From positions 7 to 64,006 of the forward strand of contig FR898237.1 of the NCBI GenBank assembly GCA_000437375.1: 64,000 nucleotides of DNA. The letters run 5' to 3'. The position numbers were made by a program, and so were the translations under genes. Below the pieces are notes generated by a model. It searched no databases and was not told where the DNA came from. It saw only the letters and a list, made by a program, of their open reading frames with translations. This DNA is from Eubacterium sp. CAG:841 (lineage in GTDB: Bacteria > Bacillota > Clostridia > Oscillospirales > CAG-272). Positions within the stretch are counted from its first letter, which is position 1. The number at the start of each line of letters is the position of its first letter. Positions 37,665-46,738 of this stretch are shown piece after piece.

Positions 37665-38132
37665 TTACTGTGCGTCTTCCTCTTCGTCAAGAGAAAATGT
37701 CTTTTTACAGTTGGGGCAAACGAGATTTTCGGGATCGTCATGCTCCTCAAGCTCAAGGCATACGCCGCAGTGAGGACATGTAACTATGCAACCGTCGCAA
37801 CAGTCACAGTCGTCATCGTCTTCGCAACCACAGCCGCAACCGCAGTCATCGTCTTCGTAATCATCGCAGCAATCGTCATCACAACAATCGTCGTCGCAGC
37901 AGCAATCACCGTCGCCGTAAACCTCATCTTCGAGAACTTCAAGATCCTCGTCGATCTCTTCAACATACTGCTTAAGATTTTCGCAATCATCCTTAACGCC
38001 GTCAAGCTTGTCGGCAACGTCGGAAAGGATTGCAAGCATTTCGGAAATGATCTTTCCTGTTTTTTCTTCTTTGTCAACACCGAGACCTTCGGCAAGACCT
38101 TTTACATATGCAACTTTTTCACTTATCGTCAT
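37665..38132 (-). CDS. Acidic Cys/Asp-rich protein with C-terminal zinc-ribbon (function unknown)
   Basis: 155 aa. Helical N-domain, residues 73-114 DGDCCCDDDCCDDDCCDDYEDDDCGCGCGCEDDDDCDCCDGC, then CPHCGVC...CPNC. From memory it resembles the family NCBI labels 'CD1247 N-terminal domain-containing protein' (unverified). Confidence 0.6.
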   Translation of the reverse strand: MTISEKVAYVKGLAEGLGVDKEEKTGKIISEMLAILSDVADKLDGVKDDCENLKQYVEEIDEDLEVLEDEVYGDGDCCCDDDCCDDDCCDDYEDDDCGCGCGCEDDDDCDCCDGCIVTCPHCGVCLELEEHDDPENLVCPNCKKTFSLDEEEDAQ

Positions 38133-38174
38133 AAAAGTTCACCCTGCGCTTTCGCGTCCTTTCGATTATTTTAT

Positions 38175-38732
38175 TTATGCTCTTTCGATGTACTCGCCTG
38201 TTCTTGTATCAATGCGGAGTCTTGTTCCGTTGTCTATAAAGAGCGGAACCTTGATCGTAGCGCCTGTTTCAAGAGTAGCGGGCTTGGATGCGCCGGTAGC
38301 GGTGTTACCTCTTACGCCGGGCTCGGTTGCAACGACCTCAAGCTCAACGAACATAGGCGGTTCAACGCTGAATACGTTTCCTTTGTAGGAAAGTACCTTG
38401 CACATCATTTCTTCCTTTACAAACTTGAAGCTGTCGGGAAGCATGTCCTTGGAAACGGGGATAGTTTCGAATGTTTCCATATCCATAAAGTAGTAGAGAT
38501 CGCCGTCATTGTAGCTGTACTGCATATCGCGACGATCGATAACTGCCGGCGGGAATTTATCCGTGGGGTTGAAAGTGGTTTCCGTAACGGCACCTGTAAT
38601 AACGTTTCTGAGCTTTGTACGAACAAAAGCCGCGCCTTTTCCGGGTTTAACGTGCTGGAATTCTATTACCTGAAGCACCTGACCGTCCATCTCAAAGGTT
38701 ATGCCGTTTTTGAAATCGCCTGCTATTACCAT
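38175..38732 (-). CDS. efp: Elongation factor P
   Basis: [44 protein letters not shown].... Confidence 0.95.
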   Translation of the reverse strand: MVIAGDFKNGITFEMDGQVLQVIEFQHVKPGKGAAFVRTKLRNVITGAVTETTFNPTDKFPPAVIDRRDMQYSYNDGDLYYFMDMETFETIPVSKDMLPDSFKFVKEEMMCKVLSYKGNVFSVEPPMFVELEVVATEPGVRGNTATGASKPATLETGATIKVPLFIDNGTRLRIDTRTGEYIERA

Positions 38733-38829
38733 AAAAAATATACCTCCAAAGTATTACTGGTTTTAATTTCACTCAATATTCTACCTTATTTTTATGAAAA
38801 TATCAAGTACTTTTTATCATAAATTTGTA

Positions 38830-39888
38830 TCAAACACAGATTTCAAGCATATCTTTTCTGCTTTTTGTTATGTCAACGGGCCCTTCCGGCATTACTATCA
38901 TCATATCTTCTATGCGGCAGCCGTATTTTCCTTTGAGATAAATGCCCGGTTCGACCGTGAAAACGTGCCCTTTTGTAAGCGGAGTAAGTCCTGCGGGAGA
39001 TACTCTCGGATTTTCGTGAATATATACTCCCACGCCGTGACCGAGTCCGTGACCGAAGCAGCCCTTGTAGCCTGCTTTATCGATTATATCGCGTGCAATC
39101 TTGTCAAGTTCCTTGCCCGTCATTCCCTCTTTGAATGAGTTTATTGCGGTTGTCTGTGCAAGCAGAACCGTATTATAAAGACGTTTCATCTCTTCATCCG
39201 CCTTGCCTATAACAACGGTTCTCGTCATATCCGAGCAGTAACCCTTGTAAACACAGCCGAAGTCCATTGTAAGGAAGCCTTTTTCAAGCGTTACATTTCT
39301 CGGAACACCGTGCGGTCTTGCCGAGTTGGTACCGGAAACGGCTATCGTTTCAAAGCTGGGGCAAGTAGCTCCGCGCTTTTTCATCTGATATTCGATTTCG
39401 GCAGCGACATCGATCTCCGTCATATCGGGGCGGATAAGCGAAACAACGGCTGTAAATGCTTCGTCCGTTATCTTCTGTGCCGCTATGATGTTTTCTATCT
39501 CGTCCGCGTCCTTGTGTTCGGCTATTTTGCGTACAATGCTGCCGACAGGGAAGAACTCACAACCGGAAAGCTGCTTTTTTATGCTTTCAAGCTCGGAAAC
39601 CGTCATAAGATCGTCTTCAAAACCGACCGTTTTTATGCCTTCTGCGGCGATTATATCGCGGATCTCTTCAAAGCGTTTGCCTGTCGATATCTCAAAGCCC
39701 TCCGTTTCGGACTCCGCCGCTTCTATATAACGGAAATCCGTAAAAAGATAAGCTTTGCTTTTTGTAAGAAAGATCATTCCGTCCGAAAAAGCAAATTTTG
39801 AAAGATAAAGACAAGTTTTTTCATTTGTCGTAATAAAAGCGTCAACACCGCCGGGAAGCGCTTTTACAAGCTTTTCTGTTCTGTTCAT
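38830..39888 (-). CDS. M24-family Xaa-Pro aminopeptidase/dipeptidase
   Basis: Creatinase-like N-domain followed by a pita-bread domain (HGLGHGVGVYIHE, EPGIY, IED). Canonical pepP-efp neighbourhood. Confidence 0.85.
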   Translation of the reverse strand: MNRTEKLVKALPGGVDAFITTNEKTCLYLSKFAFSDGMIFLTKSKAYLFTDFRYIEAAESETEGFEISTGKRFEEIRDIIAAEGIKTVGFEDDLMTVSELESIKKQLSGCEFFPVGSIVRKIAEHKDADEIENIIAAQKITDEAFTAVVSLIRPDMTEIDVAAEIEYQMKKRGATCPSFETIAVSGTNSARPHGVPRNVTLEKGFLTMDFGCVYKGYCSDMTRTVVIGKADEEMKRLYNTVLLAQTTAINSFKEGMTGKELDKIARDIIDKAGYKGCFGHGLGHGVGVYIHENPRVSPAGLTPLTKGHVFTVEPGIYLKGKYGCRIEDMMIVMPEGPVDITKSRKDMLEICV

Positions 39889-39922
39889 TATTATATCCTC
39901 TTTTCAAAATAAATTATAAATT

Positions 39923-41056
39923 TCAAAAATCAATAACATCAGATCCCGAAAGTGCGGCAAGACCGTACCTCAGAGCTTCCGCCGCTGTTTTGCGGACTTC
40001 CGGATCGTCGCTTTCAAGCTTCGGCAAAAGCTCGCGGAACAGCGCTCCTTTAAGAGAAAGATCGTCCTTCAGCGCCTCGCTTGAGAACACGGGAAGCGTT
40101 TCGTCGCGCAGCTCAAGATAAAATACACCTATATCGCTTTCCGTTATTTTTTCGGTGCAAAGCTGCGCTTCGGGAGATACCGCGCCCGTGAGCGTAACAC
40201 GCAGGAGCGTGTCCGAGCCGATGTTTTTCTTTATCATTGCGGCTTTTATCGCATTTATTACCGCGCTCTGACCGTCCGCGCCAGTGATATCAATCGAAAG
40301 CTTTTCATATCGTCTGCGGCAAAAGCGTTTGTAGTTGAAGTCGGTTTTTATTATTCCGCCACTCTGACGTTCAAAAGTACAGATTATCGCGCCCTTTGTT
40401 CCGCATTCGTCAAACGAACGCCCCTCCGGGCAGCCGCAGTATGCATAATATGTGTTTCCTGCCCGCTTTACCTCAGTCCCTGCGTGAATATGACCGAGCG
40501 CCGCGTAATCGCAGTTACTGCGCGCGATATCATCAGTCGTTATCGGACAGGAATGTGAGTTTTTTGTCAGCATATCGCCGTGACAGGCAAGAATATTTAT
40601 TCTTTCAGGATTCACCGTAACGTAATGCTCTATCGGGCATTTGTCCATTTGCGGAGAGGTGAACGCCCAGCCGTAAACATCAACGCCTATGTCGGGAAAT
40701 TCAAATTTTGAAAGCTCCTCCGATTCAAAAATATAAACGTTCGGAGGAAAAACCGCTTTTTTATACGGGCTTTTTGCGTCGGCGCAGTCATGATTTCCCG
40801 GCGCTATTACGAATTTGCAATCGGGAGCGGAGGAAAACTGTTCGTTTATATGGGCAAGAGTTTCTTTTGTCACATATCCGTGATCGAAAAAGTCGCCGGA
40901 GATTATAACCATATCGGCTTTTTCGGTCTTGGCGTAAACAACTATCGATGAAAAAACTCCTCTCAGCTCGTTTTTTCTTGCCTGTGCCTTTCGCGGATCG
41001 TAAAGCGAAAACGGCGCGTCGAGGTGAATGTCGCCCGTGTGGATTATTTTAACCAT
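39923..41056 (-). CDS. Metallophosphoesterase, SbcD/YhaO-like DNA-repair exonuclease
   Basis: MVKIIHTGDIHLD, GDFFDH and GNHD calcineurin-like motifs. 377 aa. Confidence 0.75.
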   Translation of the reverse strand: MVKIIHTGDIHLDAPFSLYDPRKAQARKNELRGVFSSIVVYAKTEKADMVIISGDFFDHGYVTKETLAHINEQFSSAPDCKFVIAPGNHDCADAKSPYKKAVFPPNVYIFESEELSKFEFPDIGVDVYGWAFTSPQMDKCPIEHYVTVNPERINILACHGDMLTKNSHSCPITTDDIARSNCDYAALGHIHAGTEVKRAGNTYYAYCGCPEGRSFDECGTKGAIICTFERQSGGIIKTDFNYKRFCRRRYEKLSIDITGADGQSAVINAIKAAMIKKNIGSDTLLRVTLTGAVSPEAQLCTEKITESDIGVFYLELRDETLPVFSSEALKDDLSLKGALFRELLPKLESDDPEVRKTAAEALRYGLAALSGSDVIDF

Positions 41057-41069
41057 CGCTGCCTCCTTT

Positions 41070-43700
41070 TTATTTCATATCGGCTGAAAACGAATATTCT
41101 CCGCTTTCAAGCTCTATGCTGTATTCCTTTTCGGTCTCAAGGAAGCGGAACTGCTTTTCCGCAGGCGCTCCGTCGGAATAAAGTCTGCAGGCATATTTTC
41201 TCGGAAGATAGATCGTGGCGTGACAGCCGACCGGAACTTTTATGTTAAGCGTTACGTCGCCGCCCCTGTTTGCCCAATAGCATTTTACCGTGCCGTACAT
41301 ACTCTCGTGTTCGGCAGACGCGCTTTCCATTCCGCAATCGATAGCGGGGCGGAGAATAGTGTGTGCAAATCCCGGTTCGTTTTCATCGGGAGAGATACCG
41401 CCTATATACTTATACATAAACGCCGAAAGATCCGAGAACATATGATGATTGTGCGATCCCGTGCCGTTCCAGCACTCCCACAGCGTCGTTGCACCGAGAT
41501 CTATCCATCTCTGACAGCCGGGAAACGTTCTCTGCGCTATCATTCTCTGGCCTACGTTTCCTTCGCCGGCAGCTCCGAGCGACTGCATAACGAACTTGTT
41601 TCCGAGAACGCCGAAATCGAGATGCCAATCTCTTTCTTCTATTTGTGAAATAAGTTTTTTTACAAGCGGCGCGTATTCGTCCGGCTCGTAAAGCCCGAAA
41701 TAAAGCATTGCTCCCGTCGCCGTCTGACAATTGCCTTTTACGGTAAATGTCTCTTTATCAAAGAATTTTTCGCGCCATACTTTTCTTATGCGGTCCGCAA
41801 GATCGGAATAATACTCCGCGTCATCGTCATTTCCCATAATGCGGGCGATCTTTACAACAGTTTTTGCCGCATTGTAGAAAAACGCCGTATCGCTGACTTC
41901 CACAGGACATCTGTATGCGCCCATATTTACGGAAAGCGAAGCTCCTTCAAACGGCGGACACCAATCCCCCGTGCCGTAATCAAGCGTAAGGTCGTCGGTC
42001 ATACCCTCCATAAAGTCGCAGTTACGCTTTATTGCGTCATAATTGATTTTGAGAATATCAACATCGTTGTTGTAAAGATAAATGTTATAGGGAACATTTA
42101 TCAGTGCGCTCGACCAATCGGGACCCATAAGTCCGTAATATCCCCAGCCTGTCGACGGTACAACGCACGGAATCTGTCCTGCGGGACGCTGCGAATCGCG
42201 CATATCGGCACTCCATTTTGAAAGGAACGACTGCGCACCGAAATTTATCAGCATCTGCTCGCTTGAAAGGGAGGTATCGCCCGTCCAGCCGTTTTTCTCA
42301 CGATGAGGACAATCCGTAGGTATCGAGTGCATATTCGACATCGTCGACCAACGGCAAAGGTGCTGAACCTTGTTCAGAAGCTCGTCGGAGCAGGAAAATC
42401 TACCGGTATCGCCGACAGCCGTACATACGGCAAACGCTGTCACGTCGTCTTTTGAAGGCTCGTAATCTGTACCCGAAATCTCAATATATTGAAAGCCGTG
42501 ATATACGAATATCGGATGCCATTTTTCGGGCGCATCACTCTTTTTGATGTATTTATCCGTCTGAAAACCGTGACTGCGTGTCATTCCGCCCATCTGCATA
42601 TCAAGCTCGCCGTCATCAAACAGCATATCCGAATGACGAACAGTTATTTCAGTGTCTTTTGCGCCTTTGAAAACATATTCACAAAAGCCCGCCATATTCT
42701 GACCGAAATCCATTGCATAACCGTTTTTCGTTTTCCAGATCTTTTTAGGCGAAAATGTTTTATAGACCTTTATCGGCGGAAGCTCCATTGCGCAAAGAAC
42801 TCCGCCCGGACTTTTTACTATTTTTGTGTTCTTCCACGCGGAATCGTCGTAATCCGCGCTTTCCCAATTGCCAAGCTCAAGACGCGCGTCGTAATGCTCG
42901 CCGTTTCTTATGCCGTTGAAGAATATCGGACCCTTACCGCCCTTCCATGTCGTATCGGACACTATCTTTTCGGAAGTGCCATCGTCATATGTCAATTTAA
43001 GCTCACATATCATTTTCGGCCAATGACGCCATGTTGCCGCGCGTGTATTCCACGGATCTTCGGCAAAGCAGTTGTACCAGCCGTTTCCCAAAATTACGGA
43101 TATTGCGTTTTTCCCTTGCGATATCAGCTTTTTGACGTCATACGTCATATACATGTCGGTCTTTGAAAATTCGGTGAAGGCGGGAGAAAGAATATCGTCT
43201 CCCGTCTTTTCGCCGTTTATGCGACTTTCAAAATATCCAAGTCCGCAAATGGAAAGATAAGCTTCCTTTACAGGCTTTTCAATATCAAAGCTTTTGCGCA
43301 GATATACCGCGCCGAAAGCGTCATTTTCTCTGCGGACATACTGCGCCGTTATCCATTTTCCGCTCCATCTTTCGCAAAGCTTGCCTGTGACAAAGCAGCT
43401 CTCGCCCGTAGCCTCACAACCGCTTTCCGTTTTTACGGTAACGGTGAAATAATACTTTGTAACGGGAAGAAGCTTTTCTCCGCCGTAAGGAATAAAAAGC
43501 TGATCCTTTGTTTTTATCTCGCCTTCGTCCCAAACGGTGTTTTTATGTTCCGCGTCGGAATAAACGCATATTCTGCGCGAAAGCTGACCGTCGCCGCGCA
43601 CATCCGAGCTTATTTTATATGAAAATCGTGGCAGGGAGTCCATTCCGCAAGGCTCGGACATATAGTTTACCGTAAGTCCGAAGACGTTTACATTTGCCAT
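41070..43700 (-). CDS. Alpha-L-rhamnosidase (GH78)
   Basis: 876 aa. N-terminal bacterial rhamnosidase domain pattern, (alpha/alpha)6 core and C-terminal beta domain, recognised by overall similarity to GH78 enzymes. Confidence 0.8.
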   Translation of the reverse strand: MANVNVFGLTVNYMSEPCGMDSLPRFSYKISSDVRGDGQLSRRICVYSDAEHKNTVWDEGEIKTKDQLFIPYGGEKLLPVTKYYFTVTVKTESGCEATGESCFVTGKLCERWSGKWITAQYVRRENDAFGAVYLRKSFDIEKPVKEAYLSICGLGYFESRINGEKTGDDILSPAFTEFSKTDMYMTYDVKKLISQGKNAISVILGNGWYNCFAEDPWNTRAATWRHWPKMICELKLTYDDGTSEKIVSDTTWKGGKGPIFFNGIRNGEHYDARLELGNWESADYDDSAWKNTKIVKSPGGVLCAMELPPIKVYKTFSPKKIWKTKNGYAMDFGQNMAGFCEYVFKGAKDTEITVRHSDMLFDDGELDMQMGGMTRSHGFQTDKYIKKSDAPEKWHPIFVYHGFQYIEISGTDYEPSKDDVTAFAVCTAVGDTGRFSCSDELLNKVQHLCRWSTMSNMHSIPTDCPHREKNGWTGDTSLSSEQMLINFGAQSFLSKWSADMRDSQRPAGQIPCVVPSTGWGYYGLMGPDWSSALINVPYNIYLYNNDVDILKINYDAIKRNCDFMEGMTDDLTLDYGTGDWCPPFEGASLSVNMGAYRCPVEVSDTAFFYNAAKTVVKIARIMGNDDDAEYYSDLADRIRKVWREKFFDKETFTVKGNCQTATGAMLYFGLYEPDEYAPLVKKLISQIEERDWHLDFGVLGNKFVMQSLGAAGEGNVGQRMIAQRTFPGCQRWIDLGATTLWECWNGTGSHNHHMFSDLSAFMYKYIGGISPDENEPGFAHTILRPAIDCGMESASAEHESMYGTVKCYWANRGGDVTLNIKVPVGCHATIYLPRKYACRLYSDGAPAEKQFRFLETEKEYSIELESGEYSFSADMK

Positions 43701-43767
43701 ATAATCCTCCGAAAATAATTTTACGGCTACATTATAGCACTATATTTTTTATAAAACAAGCGAAGAA

Positions 43768-43796
43768 TTGCATTTTCCGAAATGTTGTGGTAAAAT
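43768..43796 (+). promoter_or_regulatory. SigmaA promoter of ymdB
   Basis: TTGCAT (43768-43773), 17 nt ending in TGg, TAAAAT (43791-43796). Confidence 0.5.
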
Positions 43797-43831
43797 ATTT
43801 ACAAATACAAAACAGAAAGCGTATTCATTAA

Positions 43832-44611
43832 ATGAAAAATTTCAGAATTCTTTTCTTCGGCGATGTTGTGGGTCCGAAATCGGCAGAAAGGCTTTCTTCT
43901 TCCCTGTGGGGACTCCGCAAAAAATACAATGCCGATTTTGTTATTGTAAACGGAGAAAACTGTGCGTCCGGAAACGGAATAGACAAGGGCGGCGCAGATA
44001 TGCTTCTCTCCGGCGGAGCAGACACAATAACAACGGGAAACCACGTTTTCAAGCGATTTGAAGCCGACAATCTGCTTGAAGACGAAAAAAGGATAATCAG
44101 ACCCGCAAACTTTCCTCCACAGCTTGCAGGAGCGGGATTTTCGCTCTGCGAGGCATCGGGACTTACCGTTCTCACAATAAATCTTCTGGGTATAGTGAAT
44201 ATGGAGCCGCTATCCTGTCCTTTTGCCGCCGCCGATAAAATACTTTCGGCAAACGCGGGAAATTACGATATTTCGATAATTGATTTTCACGCCGAAGCCA
44301 CAAGCGAGAAAAAAGCGCTGCTTTATTATCTTGACGGAAAGGTGACGGCGATAATCGGCACTCACACACACGTTGAAACGGCGGACGAGACTGTTACCGA
44401 AAACGGAACGGCTTATATAACCGACGTCGGAATGTGCGGTCCCGAAGAGTCCGTTCTCGGAGTAAAACCCGAATGTATAATAAAAAAGCTGACTACCCAT
44501 CATCCCGTGAAATTTGAGATTGCAGATGGAAAAATCGCTTTGCACGGAGTGCTTATCGAAATCGACGCTGAAAGCAAAAAGGCCGTTTCGATAGAAAGAA
44601 TAAAAGAATGA
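43832..44611 (+). CDS. ymdB: YmdB-type metallophosphoesterase (2',3'-cyclic-nucleotide 2'-phosphodiesterase)
   Basis: MKNFRILFFGDVVG...IVNGENCASGNGI...TTGNH... (TIGR00282-like). Confidence 0.88.
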   Translation: MKNFRILFFGDVVGPKSAERLSSSLWGLRKKYNADFVIVNGENCASGNGIDKGGADMLLSGGADTITTGNHVFKRFEADNLLEDEKRIIRPANFPPQLAGAGFSLCEASGLTVLTINLLGIVNMEPLSCPFAAADKILSANAGNYDISIIDFHAEATSEKKALLYYLDGKVTAIIGTHTHVETADETVTENGTAYITDVGMCGPEESVLGVKPECIIKKLTTHHPVKFEIADGKIALHGVLIEIDAESKKAVSIERIKE

Positions 44612-45145
44612 AAATAAAAATTGAAACTGAAAGACTGTATCTGAGAGAGCTTACGGAAAGCGATTTCGATTCGCTCTATAACGTTCTTGCGGATTCGGAT
44701 ATTTATGAAGCATTACCCGTATACTTTCGATGAAAAAAGGGTAAAAAATTGGATTACGAAAAATATTGAAATATATAACATTTTCGGGTTCGGGCTGTGG
44801 GCGGTCATCCTGAAAGAAACGGGGCAGTTTATAGGCGATTGCGGCATTACAATGCAAAATATAAACGGCAGCATAAACCCCGAAATAGGCTATCACATAG
44901 GAAAAATTTTTCAAAGACAAGGTTATGCAAAAGAAGCTGCCCGAGCCGTGCGCGACTGGACGTTTGAAAATACACCGTTCGGAGTTTTGTATTCCTATAT
45001 GAAAAGCGACAACGTACCGTCATTCAAAACGGCTGAAGCAAACGGCATGAAAAAAACGGATGAGTTTGTCGACAGCGAAGGAGAAATGACATCTGTTTAT
45101 TCGATAACAAGAAAAAAATTTATAAAATTAAAAACAGAAAAATAA
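44608..45145 (+). pseudogene. GNAT (RimJ/RimL-like) N-acetyltransferase, split by a +1 frameshift
   Basis: Frame A (ATG 44608, ATGA overlap with the ymdB stop) reads MKIKIETERLYLRELTESDFDSLYNVLADSDI, then runs out of frame to a stop at 44731-44733. Frame B continues from ATG 44705: MKHYPYTFDEKRVKNWI...QRQGYAKEAA.... Removing one T from TTT 44702-44704 restores a single ORF. Confidence 0.75.
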
Positions 45146-45148
45146 AAA

Positions 45149-45186
45149 GAAGTTCCCCTGTATTTTTATCGGGGAGCTTCTTTTTT
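45149..45186 (+). terminator. Rho-independent terminator upstream of dnaA
   Basis: GAAGTTCCCC-tgtatttttatc-GGGGAGCTTC followed by TTTTTT. Confidence 0.75.
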
Positions 45187-45260
45187 ATATTTCATATTCA
45201 GTCAATCACTTAAAATTAAAAATGTCAGCCGGCTTTTTTCCAAATATAAATAAAAATCTA

Positions 45261-45289
45261 TTGAAAACTTTTATTATTTATGTTATAAT
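45261..45289 (+). promoter_or_regulatory. SigmaA promoter of dnaA
   Basis: TTGAAA (45261-45266), 17 nt, TATAAT (45284-45289). Confidence 0.6.
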
Positions 45290-45340
45290 ATATTATATAT
45301 TAAGGAATAGGGCGTTTTATGCCCGAAAGGACGTAACAAA

Positions 45341-46738
45341 ATGGATTCATCGTATAATAAAATATGGAAAATTGTCCTCGATTCGCTTTCACAGATTTAT
45401 TCGGAAGTGCTGATGGATCTTTGGCTCAATCGTCTTGAGCTTGTTTCCATAGACGATAAAAACGCCATTCTGGTAATAGACGAAAATGAGGACCTTATAG
45501 ATATCCTTAACGCCAACTATTCACAGAAAATATCGGAAGCTTTTGCAAAGGCGCTCAGCCTTAATCTGAATGTAAAAATTTATAAAAAAGGCAAATATTT
45601 TTTGCGCGGCTCGGAAGAAGAAAAAGAATATCTCCGTCAGCAGGAAGAAGAAAAAGCAAAAGAAGCCGAGAAAACCGAAAAAACAGACGAATTCTATTTC
45701 GATAAAGGCGAACAGCGTTCCCACGAAAACGAATATACATTTGAAAACTTTATTGTGGGAAGTTCAAACAAATTTGCTTACGCGGCAAGCGTGGCGGTTG
45801 CAAATCATCCTGCTTCGGAAAACAACCCCTTGTTTATATACGGCGCAAGCGGGCTCGGAAAAACGCATCTTATGCGCGCTATTGCTCACGACGTTTCAAA
45901 GCGCTATCCCGATTTCAACATAATTTTCGTTTCGGCGGAAAATTTCACAAATGAATTTCTCGATTGCCTTGTAAAAAAATCAACGGCAAAATTCAAAGAA
46001 AAATATCGCGCCGCAGATATGCTTTTCGTCGACGATATTCAGTTTATCGCGGGAAAAGAATCGACTCAGGAAGAATTTTTCCACACCTTCAACGCTCTGT
46101 ACGACGCTCATAAGCAGATAGTTCTTACGTCGGATCGTCCGCCGAGAGAGCTTCAGAATCTTGAAGAACGCCTTGTAAGCCGTTTTGAAGGCGGAATGGT
46201 CGCCGATGTTCAGCCTCCGGATACGGAGCTTCGTATAGCGATATTCAAGAGCAAAGCAATGGCAATGAACGTTGATCTTTCAAACGACGTTCTGACATAT
46301 ATAGCCGAGAACACAAAGAGTAACGTAAGACAGATAGAGGGCATAATCAAAAAGCTCGGAGCCTACAAGACAGTTCTCAACAAAGGCAAGGATATAACGG
46401 TTGACGACGCAAGGACGTTGCTCTCCGGAATAATATCGGGAGCCGAGCCTCCGGAAGCGACGGCGGAAAAAGTAATTGCAAACGTTGCAAACCGCTACGG
46501 CGTTCCGGCAGACGATATAAAAGGCACAAGAAGATCGAAAGAGATTGTAACGGCAAGACAGATAGCCATATACGTCGTAAACCACGTTACAAATCTTACG
46601 CTTAAAAACATAGGAAATATCTTCGGCGGAAAGGACCATTCGACAATTCTTTATTCAATACAGTCTGTATCGGATCAAATGAAAAAAGATATTTCATTTG
46701 AGCATGAAGTGAATGAAATTATTAAAGAATTCCAATAA
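45341..46738 (+). CDS. dnaA: Chromosomal replication initiator DnaA
   Basis: Domain I, an acidic/Lys-rich linker, AAA+ (GASGLGKTHL, FVDDIQF) and domain IV (…IAIYVVNHVTNLTLKNIGNIFGGKDHSTILYS). Confidence 0.97.
   Translation: MDSSYNKIWKIVLDSLSQIYSEVLMDLWLNRLELVSIDDKNAILVIDENEDLIDILNANYSQKISEAFAKALSLNLNVKIYKKGKYFLRGSEEEKEYLRQQEEEKAKEAEKTEKTDEFYFDKGEQRSHENEYTFENFIVGSSNKFAYAASVAVANHPASENNPLFIYGASGLGKTHLMRAIAHDVSKRYPDFNIIFVSAENFTNEFLDCLVKKSTAKFKEKYRAADMLFVDDIQFIAGKESTQEEFFHTFNALYDAHKQIVLTSDRPPRELQNLEERLVSRFEGGMVADVQPPDTELRIAIFKSKAMAMNVDLSNDVLTYIAENTKSNVRQIEGIIKKLGAYKTVLNKGKDITVDDARTLLSGIISGAEPPEATAEKVIANVANRYGVPADDIKGTRRSKEIVTARQIAIYVVNHVTNLTLKNIGNIFGGKDHSTILYSIQSVSDQMKKDISFEHEVNEIIKEFQ

Noticed and set aside
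37656-38822. 388-aa ORF on the + strand opposite efp and the Cys/Asp-rich gene.
   Set aside because: It is antisense to efp, whose identity is unambiguous. It is low-complexity (runs of A/V/I/T mirroring the GAC/TGC repeats) and has no RBS.
41070-43700. The GH78 rhamnosidase as the seed of a polysaccharide-utilisation or novel glycan locus.
   Set aside because: No adjacent transporter, regulator or further glycoside hydrolases are present. Its neighbours are a nuclease and ymdB. It appears to be a solitary enzyme gene.
45187-45340. A second DnaA-box cluster upstream of dnaA, which would make a bipartite oriC as in B. subtilis.
   Set aside because: I found only one weak box-like string (TTTTCCAAA near 45233). 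The region is otherwise filled by a terminator and the dnaA promoter, so there is no support for an upstream box cluster.
45222-45413. 63-aa ORF overlapping the dnaA promoter and start.
   Set aside because: It is AT-rich and low-complexity, overlaps the consensus -35/-10 and the dnaA ATG in another frame, and has no RBS.
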